A stretch of 64,000 bases of DNA from an uncultured virus (IMG/VR IMGVR_UViG_3300036766_002285). Taxonomy: Duplodnaviria; Heunggongvirae; Uroviricota; Caudoviricetes. The notes below the pieces were generated by a model that was given only the letters and a program-made list of their open reading frames with translations, searched no databases and was not told the origin of the DNA. The stretch's first letter is position 1. Each line of letters opens with the position of its first letter. The position numbers and the translations under genes are program-made. The DNA lies in the IMG/VR virus record IMGVR_UViG_3300036766_002285. One strand, given 5' to 3'. Shown here piece by piece: positions 30,438-39,300 of this stretch.

Positions 30438-30884
30438 ATGATTGAAATAACACCCCCAAATACATACCAGTATTTCGCTCGCTCAGTTTTTCTTGCGGGC
30501 GGAATTTCTAACTGCCCGAACTGGCAAAAAGATTTAATAGCTATGCTTGAGTCTACTAATTTAGGCATCTTCAATCCTCGCCAAGATAATTATACAAACA
30601 ATCAAGCAGCAGCAACCACGCAAATACAATGGGAGCATACACATTTACGCATGGCTACTGCCATCTCTTTTTGGTTTCCTAGTCAAACATTATGCCCGAT
30701 TACTTTATATGAACTTGGTTATTGGTCGAGTTTGCAAAAACCGATATTTATAGGGGTGCATCCAGATTTCGAACGAAAACTGGACGTATCTATTCAGACT
30801 TCGTTAGTTGTGCCTGAAATTAAAATTGTAGATTCTCTAGAAGCTCTAGCCGGGCAACTAATCAAATATGATAGTAGCAAATAA
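30438..30884 (+). CDS. Nucleoside 2-deoxyribosyltransferase-like protein
   Basis: SVFLAGGI, NWQ, FNPR, QIQWE, ISFWF, CPITLYELG. Confidence 0.8.
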   Translation: MIEITPPNTYQYFARSVFLAGGISNCPNWQKDLIAMLESTNLGIFNPRQDNYTNNQAAATTQIQWEHTHLRMATAISFWFPSQTLCPITLYELGYWSSLQKPIFIGVHPDFERKLDVSIQTSLVVPEIKIVDSLEALAGQLIKYDSSK

Positions 30885-30964
30885 CAACCATTCATTTATA
30901 GAAATTCCTAGCGCCAACGGTATAATCCATGTTACTCGCTAGGCACAAAAGGAGATAAATATAC

Positions 30965-31570
30965 CTGAAAAATCTATCCCGCCCACAAATTCGAGAAATT
31001 ATAGAAAGTCGCGGTACCTTAGCAGACGTCAACTTATATGGAAGAGATCTGCATGGAATTGACTTTTCTGGGATCTGTCTTTCTGGGGCTGGTTTGCAGG
31101 GGGCAAATATAACGGGGTCTACTTTTATTGGCTGTGATCTAACTAAAATAAATCTACACGGTGTTGATGCTAGTAATATTAATTTTTCCAATAGCTCTCT
31201 GTCAGGTGCGTGGATGAATAGGTCAAATTTTAAAGGTGCGATTCTTCACAAAGCTAATTTAACAAGGGCTACGATCTGGTCAGCAGATTTTGAAGGCGCC
31301 GACCTAAGTGAAACTAATATGGCAGGTTTCGGGGACATGTTCATGGATTTTTCGTACACTAATTTAACAAAAGCTAATCTTAAAAATGCAGATCTTAGGG
31401 GAGTTTATTTAGAAGGCGCCATGCTAACGGATGCGGATTTAACCAATTGTGATCTGAGGGGTGCTGATCTTACTGAAGCGAATCTTAAAGGCGCAACTGT
31501 AAATCTCGCCCAACTTAAAAATGCTCATCTGTTTAGAACTATAATGCCAGATGGGAGTACCCATGGATAA
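30965..31570 (+). CDS. Pentapeptide-repeat protein (array 4) with probable non-canonical start
   Basis: Family N-cap LSRPQIREIIESRGTLA is encoded upstream of the tracked TTG; only ATA (30959) or CTG (30965) lie between SD AAGGAG/in-frame TAA and the cap. Confidence 0.8.
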   Translation: MKNLSRPQIREIIESRGTLADVNLYGRDLHGIDFSGICLSGAGLQGANITGSTFIGCDLTKINLHGVDASNINFSNSSLSGAWMNRSNFKGAILHKANLTRATIWSADFEGADLSETNMAGFGDMFMDFSYTNLTKANLKNADLRGVYLEGAMLTDADLTNCDLRGADLTEANLKGATVNLAQLKNAHLFRTIMPDGSTHG

Positions 31571-32213
31571 CACCCCACTAAACAGAGATGATGTACTCGC
31601 TGTAGTTGCTTCCGGCAAAAGTCTAGCTAATACAGATATGCGCGGTGCCCTGCTAAATGATATTGATTTTTTTGGTATATCACTGTCCGGATCTTATTTA
31701 CAGGGCGCCTGGTTACGAGGAGCCAATATGTCTAACTGCGATCTGACGCGCGCTAGCTTGTACAATACCGATCTAAGAGATACCAACCTGACTCGTGCCA
31801 ACTTATCTGGAGCAGACCTATCAAGGGCGGTGGCTACAGGAGCTACTTTTTTTGAAGCTAATCTTACTCGTGCCACCCTACGCAATACAAATCTTAGTTG
31901 CGCTGATTTGGCAGGTATAATCGCTTCCGGCGATGGTGAAAAATATATGACAATATTTTCATACGCAGACTTCACAGACGCTAATTTAAGTCGCGCTGAC
32001 CTGAGAGGAGCTAATTTTCAAGGAGCAAAACTCGAAAGGACTAATTTAGAAAATGCTGATCTAGAAAATACCGATCTGTCGGCTGCTGATATGACCGGCT
32101 GTGACTTAAGTGGAGCAAATTTACTTAGAGCCTCAGTGCACTTACCCGGGCTCACCTTAGCGCTAGCTACTTTAACCAATACTACCATGCCAGACGGTAG
32201 TATTCATGAGTAA
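31563..32213 (+). CDS. Pentapeptide-repeat protein (array 4)
   Basis: Rfr repeats; start inside the upstream tail after GGGAG. Confidence 0.9.
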   Translation: MDNTPLNRDDVLAVVASGKSLANTDMRGALLNDIDFFGISLSGSYLQGAWLRGANMSNCDLTRASLYNTDLRDTNLTRANLSGADLSRAVATGATFFEANLTRATLRNTNLSCADLAGIIASGDGEKYMTIFSYADFTDANLSRADLRGANFQGAKLERTNLENADLENTDLSAADMTGCDLSGANLLRASVHLPGLTLALATLTNTTMPDGSIHE

Positions 32214-32913
32214 ACTTCAACCAGATGCTCTAAATAAATTTAGCAGAAAAACAGTTATTGCCAGGATTGCCGCTCATAAAAATTTAGTCGGCCTGGATCT
32301 AAGCGCCCTTGATCTGCATGGAATTGACTTTGCTAAAAGTAGTCTAAGCTATGCAGATCTGAGCAATGCCAACTTAGAAGGCGCTGACTTGTCCAACTGC
32401 GATTTAACGAAAGCAGACTTATCTTCAGCAGATTTAACTTGTACTAATTTGGCTTATTGTCTACTGGCAGGTGCCTTTCTAGAAGGAGCAACCTTAAGAA
32501 AAGCTAATTTATATAAAGCCAATCTAAGTAGAGCTGATTTATCAGCCGCTGATTTAATCGAAACTGACTTACGTTGTGCTAATTTATCTGGAACCTATGA
32601 TTTTTTTACAGATCTTTGGGACGCCAAGCTTACTTCGGCTGATCTTAGCGGTGCTGATTGTCGTAACGCAAGATTTTATGGAGCCAGGCTGCACCATGTA
32701 AATTTTACACAAGCCGACCTCTCTCATGCTTCTTTTAAGAAAGCGGATTGCTTAAAAGCCGATTTTACGGGCGCGATATTATTTGAGGCGAATTTGACTG
32801 ATGCATGTTTACAGAAGGCTATTTTCAAAAATGTAGATCTGCAAAATACCATGTTGCCTAGCGGCGAATATCCAGTAAACTCAAGCCACATTAGGGCATT
32901 TTGTGACTATTAA
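32206..32913 (+). CDS. Pentapeptide-repeat protein (array 4)
   Basis: Rfr repeats; start inside the upstream tail; variant tail TMLPSG. Confidence 0.9.
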   Translation: MSKLQPDALNKFSRKTVIARIAAHKNLVGLDLSALDLHGIDFAKSSLSYADLSNANLEGADLSNCDLTKADLSSADLTCTNLAYCLLAGAFLEGATLRKANLYKANLSRADLSAADLIETDLRCANLSGTYDFFTDLWDAKLTSADLSGADCRNARFYGARLHHVNFTQADLSHASFKKADCLKADFTGAILFEANLTDACLQKAIFKNVDLQNTMLPSGEYPVNSSHIRAFCDY

Positions 32914-33088
32914 ACCCAACTGGTCTAGTATTTAAGTAATCTAAACAACCTTACGTGAAATTGCGTTGATCGCAATTATAATATTTTTAACAAAACACCT
33001 CCCTAAAACTTGGCACAAGTCAATTTGCCGTTACTGTTTAGAACATTCCAAACAATCATGTCACATTTGACATACAGAAAGATTTTCG

Positions 33089-33682
33089 ATGGATCCACAA
33101 AAAGTAATTAGAAAAAGACCCGCGCAAAAACCGGTGCTCTATGAGAACTGGAAATGCAGGGCGTGTAAAACTACGGATTTCGAGCAATTTTATAAATCAG
33201 GTTTGGTGCCGCATTGTTATACTTGTACGGCCTGGCGAAATGCTGTAAGGAACTGCGCTCAAAAAAAGCATAAAAGAGCAGGCATTGCTCGCAAAGTAGC
33301 TTTTACTTTACTGGAATTCCACGCTTGGGCGAAAGCTCATCCGAGAATATGCAGATATTGTAAAATAAATGATGCTCAATATCACGCACTTGGTTATAGA
33401 ACATCAAATGGCAAAACATTAGAAGCCTTAGGTTTAGACCGTCGTAATGACGGCAACTACACTCTAGACACTATAGATTGGTGTTGCTATCCATGCAACA
33501 AAACTAAATCTAATGAGCTCACTCCAGCAGAAATGGACATCTTAGCTCCAGGACTGGAAGCTATTTGGAGAAAACGCCTCGGTTCCAAATCAACGCGTAA
33601 ACGTAATTACGCTATGATTAACCCACCCCATTTAGAGTTGGCCAGAAAAAAGCCTAAAAAGCACAGCCACACTCACGATTAA
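33089..33682 (+). CDS. Zinc-binding HNH-like protein
   Basis: CxxC pairs; CRYC...GLDRRNDGNYTLDTIDWCCYPCNKTKS resembles HNH-type endonucleases. Confidence 0.6.
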   Translation: MDPQKVIRKRPAQKPVLYENWKCRACKTTDFEQFYKSGLVPHCYTCTAWRNAVRNCAQKKHKRAGIARKVAFTLLEFHAWAKAHPRICRYCKINDAQYHALGYRTSNGKTLEALGLDRRNDGNYTLDTIDWCCYPCNKTKSNELTPAEMDILAPGLEAIWRKRLGSKSTRKRNYAMINPPHLELARKKPKKHSHTHD

Positions 33683-33693
33683 TTGAACTATAT

Positions 33694-33738
33694 AACGAGA
33701 CCCTCTTGATGCTATGTCGAGGGGGTCTCGTTGTTTTT
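33694..33738. terminator. Intrinsic terminator between convergent genes
   Basis: AACGAGACCCTC...GGGGGTCTCGTT followed by GTTTTT. Confidence 0.75.
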
Positions 33739-33759
33739 ATGACTTAATCTAAAAATAAT

Positions 33760-34599
33760 TTATTGACAGCTAAGCATGTTTGAAGCTAGCCATAAGGTAT
33801 CTATACTAGGAATACAACCTACACATTTTTTGGTATTATCACACAAACATCCAAATATATCACAGACCTCTTGTGGTATATCGGACTTGGTTATGCTTTG
33901 ATCTAAAACCACACCTATTTGCTGTGCAGTATTTTTATAAATGGGCCACTTAGGCACCAGTGCTAGCCAGAGCGAATCTTTTGGGGAGGCATATATAAAA
34001 TTAGCTGCCACCATCATTTTTGCCATATAATACATATCTGGGTCTACGAGCCGCCCATAGCGAATATCTCGTGCACTAAAAGCCACTAAAGTTCCAGCTG
34101 AATCATCTTTATTTGCCCACATTTGGTCATTTAGTTTATAAAGTTCTGGAATGAGAAAATTCGTACGCAGCAATCTAAAATCTTTTTTTGAAATACTGGT
34201 GTTAGGTCCAGCCCAGATAATAGAAACTAATAGTAAAGCACGTTCCGCTTGAGTTAGGGTAGTTTCTGATAGCAAGTATCGCAGATCGTTAGTGTCGGAA
34301 GCTACCATAGTACCTATGATACCATCTTGTTCTACAGCCGGGTCCAGACATCTCGGACAAGTCTGGGTTCTAGAACACAGGTCTCGCAACGATACAGTCT
34401 CTATGGTAACTGGTGGTATAGAGCACGCGCGCACCACGGTACGTATAGAATGTCTTATACCGCGATTGTCAGTTTCGACTGCTATAAGATTATCTAAAAA
34501 ATCAGGAAATACAGAGTAAAGCTGCCTGGCTACTTCCCGAGGATTAGCTGGCATTTGGGTTGCAATAGCAGGAAACATGGGTGTTATTGTCCACGTCAC
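33760..34599 (-). CDS. Hypothetical protein
   Basis: 279-aa ORF with H/C cluster (RH...C...CPRC); start uncertain. Confidence 0.6.
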   Translation of the reverse strand: MTWTITPMFPAIATQMPANPREVARQLYSVFPDFLDNLIAVETDNRGIRHSIRTVVRACSIPPVTIETVSLRDLCSRTQTCPRCLDPAVEQDGIIGTMVASDTNDLRYLLSETTLTQAERALLLVSIIWAGPNTSISKKDFRLLRTNFLIPELYKLNDQMWANKDDSAGTLVAFSARDIRYGRLVDPDMYYMAKMMVAANFIYASPKDSLWLALVPKWPIYKNTAQQIGVVLDQSITKSDIPQEVCDIFGCLCDNTKKCVGCIPSIDTLWLASNMLSCQ

Positions 34600-34744
34600 C
34601 TATGGTCTGTCTAACATACTAGAAGCTAGTTGCACATTTAAATACCCTCGGCACTATAAATAGATAGATATGGTATTTTATCACTTCAATAACTACTTGG
34701 CGTCAGTGGTCTGATTTTGCTTTTTATAATATGAGGCACGTTTC

Positions 34745-35284
34745 GTGAGTAATGCAGCAAATCATAGTTTGCCTATAAACTCTAATATTAAATCTAAATC
34801 AGTGCGCGTTGTGCTCCCCACTGGCGAATTTCAAGGTGAAATGCCTATAGCAGAAGCACTAGAATTGGCGAGAAGTATGGATTTAGACTTAGTGGAAGTG
34901 AGTAGCAATGCAGAGTCAGGTGTATGTAAAATTATGTCGTATGCTAAATGGCAGTATACTAAAGATAAAGCTGCCCGTAAGTCTAAACAGCATAATATCG
35001 TTGTAAAAGATCTTAAATTTAAAGTAGGTATAGGGGTCCAAGATTTGAAAGTCAAATGTCAGCATATTGTAGACATGCTACGACATGGAGATCAAGTGAA
35101 AGTCAGTATACTAATGCGGGGCCGGGAAGTAACCCACCCAGAAATAGCTGACAAGCTGGTAGAAAGTGTTCTGGGCACAGTGGGCAGCATTGGACAGTGC
35201 GATGGAATTATACATAAGTCACAACGTCAATATAACTTTACTCTTGTACCGGCACGGGCTGTAAAAAAAGTAGCCAAAAATTAG
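34745..35284 (+). CDS. infC: Translation initiation factor IF-3
   Basis: INSNI...VRVV, ALELA...DLDLVEVS, VCKIM, GDQVKVSI.MRGRE.THPE. Confidence 0.92.
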   Translation: MSNAANHSLPINSNIKSKSVRVVLPTGEFQGEMPIAEALELARSMDLDLVEVSSNAESGVCKIMSYAKWQYTKDKAARKSKQHNIVVKDLKFKVGIGVQDLKVKCQHIVDMLRHGDQVKVSILMRGREVTHPEIADKLVESVLGTVGSIGQCDGIIHKSQRQYNFTLVPARAVKKVAKN

Positions 35285-35288
35285 TAAA

Positions 35289-36311
35289 GGCCGTGGAGCG
35301 CTAGATACTGTCTTTCAACAGAAAATCTAAAACACTCCACGGCCACTTCCGGAGACCAGGTCAAAAGGAGATAATGACATTGGTAGTCCGGTTCCGTAGC
35401 TACTCTTTTCCACAATGGGTTAGGAGCAGTTTAGGTTGCCACGCACTCGCGCTAAGCGTGCTAGGGGTAAGCACCACAAAGCCGCAACAGTCCGGCAAGA
35501 AACCTATAAGTTTTATATGTAAATGTTACATGTATGAATTGTTTACGATACTCTAGGGGCGAATTTTAAATACCCAAATATTAAATTGCGCCTCACAGAA
35601 TTTTTATTTTTTGCCATATTCTTGTCATATATATTTGATAGCATAGTTAAGTTTCTTTTGAGGTTTTATAGCAAAGATATCAGGCATCAGCTGCTTCCTG
35701 TTGCCCATAAAGCCTGTAAATTAAAGGAAATTAAATCAAGCTCAGCCTATTGGCACATTTGAAATCGCGCGCACAGTATTATATACCCTCGAGGACTTAT
35801 TTGCAGATGCATCTCTTGCACCTACAGATGGGTGCAGAATATCTGCTAAAAAACAGTTAGTTTAGCTCCGGCCACTAACATCGCGAAGGCGAGTTTTTTA
35901 CTAAAGACGGCGAATGGAAACAGTACCCCTGAATCCACTCAGCCGTCGGGTGCATTACGAAAATATTTACTTCTCATTTAGTTGCGGCCACAGCCGTACA
36001 AAATAGATATAAATATCTGAACTTATGTGATTCATATCACATAGAATGCTAAAAGCGCAAGTGAAGTCGCCTACATGGGACTTCGAAAGTATTTGTTAGA
36101 ATTGCCTACATGGAATTTTAACAGCTCTTGCACTTAAGTGTGATTATACAGGCCTTGAAAACGCTTGAACATTTATCACAGGAATTCTAGCTAGCGAAAG
36201 TTGGTTGAGAATTTGAAGGACGATTTCAACAATTGAAATCAAAACTATAATAAACGGGGTACTAGAAGATGACCCCCAAGGTTGATATTTGACCTCACGG
36301 GGTCATTTTTA
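35289..36311. ncRNA. Candidate structured non-coding RNA region (unassigned)
   Basis: ~1 kb without a credible ORF, with many hairpins (35289-35344, 35803-35846, 35906-35947, 36063-36084, 36094-36123, 36266-36311) and promoter-like motifs on both strands. Confidence 0.5.
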
Positions 36312-36374
36312 TTATATTAGCTATGCATTTTATAAACATCTATTTAATTACAATTTCCACTTCGCAGATATGGT

Positions 36375-39300
36375 CTACCGAGCGGCGCGTTGTACTGCCG
36401 AGTTGACCCGACGAAGTGATTCGTCGCGACCTAATAATTCAATTGGCTCAAACAACGGTGCACCAATGCTTCGCCCGGTGATAGCCACCCGCAGCGGGGC
36501 CTGCAGTTTTCCAAGTTTGACATCATGCTGCATACCAACAGCTTCGACTTCTGTCTTTAACGCATCGGCTGTCCACTCACACTTTTCAAATCGTGCCGCG
36601 ATCTCGATCAATGTTGGACGCGCCCATTTGGTGTTAAATGCCTTTGTAAATGCATCGCCATCAATGATTGGCTCTGCCATAAATAGAAAATCGACCAAGG
36701 CCGGAACTTCTGCAAGTACAGCAACGCGAGTCTGAACGAGCGGTGCCATCGCCCTAAATACGGCCGCATCGAACCGGTGTGCCGGCCAAGGGACATTTTC
36801 TGATCCAAGTACACTTTGACATGCCTCAATAAAATCCTCCAGAGACAGCGCTCGAATGTATTCACCGTTGAAGGCGTTCATTTTTTTGACGTCAAAAAAA
36901 GCTGGAGAATGATTTACATCTTCCAATCTGAATTCATCAACGATGGATGACCACGGGACAATTTCGCTGTCACCGCTGGGTGCCCATCCGAGAGTCATCA
37001 GATAGGAGATCATGGCTTGCGGCAATACTCCTTCACTGCGATACTGTTTGACAGCCACCTTGTCGCGGCGCTTAGATAGTTTTTTGTGCTCCTTGTTAAC
37101 CAAAACAGGAACATGAGCCCATGTCGGCAGCGGTGCGCCTAATGCGTTCCACAACATCTGTTGCTTTGGGGTGTTCGATAAATGCTCTTCAGCGCGCACC
37201 ACATCAGTGATGTTCATCGCAATATCGTCCACCACATTGGCCAACAGAAACACTGGCGTTCCATTACTTCGCAACAATACGAAATCTTCAATAGTATCAT
37301 TAGCAAAAGTCACATCACCACGCACAATGTCGCGTATGACAGTCAGTCCGACCGGAACTCTAAATCGCAATACACGTCCCGGCCCAGGACCAAGCCCAAG
37401 GTCACGTGAGTAATCATCGTAGCCATTTAGGCCAGAGGCCTTCGCTCGCTCCTGAACCTGGATCGATGTAAGATCATAATAGTACGCGTGACCAGAAGCG
37501 AAAAGCGCTTCTGCGGCTTCGACATGCGCGGCCGCAAAAGAGGATTGAAAATACGGCCCCTCAAAATGCGGGTCACTACTGTCTATTCCGAGCCAAGCGA
37601 GCGCATCAAGTATTCCTTGAGTCCATTGCGGATGGTTGCGCGACTCGTCGGTGTCTTCAATACGCAACACGAACACACCATCATTTTGTAACGCTAATAT
37701 CCAGTTGTACAGAGCAGTACGCCCGCCGCCGACATGGAAAAATCCAGTTGGAGACGGAGCAAAACGGTACCGATGCGCGTCTGATTGACTTGGGGCGATT
37801 TTGTTGAGCTTTGCCATTTGAACCGCAAATGTATCTAGATTAGCATGCGACTCCGTCACTGCATCGATTGCGTCTTGTCTAACTTTTACAGGCGACTTAT
37901 AATGAGATTGTGCCGATACATGGGTGCCTTCTTTTGTGGTCTCAACAATGAAGCCAGCTTCCTGCAGCTCCATACGAATTGCATCAGCCGAGGCAAAATC
38001 TTTTGCTGATCTAGCCGCGTCTAGATCAGCAGCCCGCTGTTTGACTACCTCATCAATTTCATCGGTCTGACCTAAAACGAGTCCAACGGCCCCAAACAGT
38101 TCGATTACTGCTGCAGCTAGGCTTGCAGCTTGGACTTTATTACCACGATCTAAGGCTGTATTGGCCTGACTAATCGCCTCAAAGATGTGTGCAACTGCTC
38201 CTGGAGTATCAAGATCGTTATTCATGAGTTCGCGGAATTTAGTTAGCACACTTTGATCTGGAGCGATTTTATCAAGATTTACCATCCGAGACACAAATGC
38301 ATCTAAATTAGCAAGCGACCGGCACGCTGCATCGATTGTGTCTTGTCCAATTTTTACAGGCGATCTATAATGGGACTGTAATAATATTATTCGAAATGCA
38401 CGTGGGTCATAGTGCTCGATCAGATCAACCAGATTGGTAACATTTCCGAGACTTTTAGACATCTTGACACCTGTTGTATCTACGACAAAAGCGTGATGCA
38501 TCCAGTGCTGCGCAAACACCTTGTTTAGTGCTACAGCCTGGGCACGTTCGTTTTCGTGGTGCGGAAAACGAAGATCCTCACCCCCACAGTGCAAATCAAA
38601 ATTTTCACCAAGTAATTCTAAACTCATGACCACGCATTCACTGTGCCAACCCGGCCGGCCATCTCCCCACGGAGAAGTCCATGCTGGTTCGCCTGGCTTA
38701 GAAAATTTCCATAATGCAAAGTCCGCCGTATTTCGTTTCGCAGCAACACCAAGTACTTCACGCTCCCCATTACTTAGCATATCATCTAATGACTGTAAGG
38801 CAAGCAACCCATAGTCAGATACAGTTGTAATATCCATGTATACACCGTCACAGGTCAAGTAGGCGAATTTACCTTCTACCAATTTTTCAATCATTTCTAC
38901 CATCTGTTCTACATACTCAGTTGCATGCGGAGTATCAATGTCCGTAGGTTTTTTCACCCCAAGTTTGCCCATTGTTTCAAACCAAACGTCTTCACACTCA
39001 CTTGCGATTTCAGACCACAGGCGACCCTCTAGTTGTGCGCGATCGATGATTTTATCGTCGATATCAGTAATATTTGAAACCAAACGAACCTCTACGCCGC
39101 ACCATTCCATGTAACGACGTAAAATGTCATAAACAATAGTTGCCCGTCCATGTCCTATGTGCGGTGGACCATATACTGTAGGGCCACATAGATACATACC
39201 AAGTTTGCCTGGTTCGCGACAGCCGAGCTCTCGGATCTCTTGTGTGGCGGTATCATAGAGAGACAAAACGGGCATAAGCTTAGTAGTGTCCGTATTGGCA

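Noticed and set aside
7851..32913. Integron cassette array or CRISPR array
   Set aside because: Genes overlap or are a few nt apart with no attC-like palindromes and no integrase; no regularly spaced repeats with unique spacers and no cas genes
35374..35556. 60-aa ORF after infC
   Set aside because: Has an SD-like AAGGAG but no recognisable protein features, is not L35, and overlaps a base-paired domain; left unassigned
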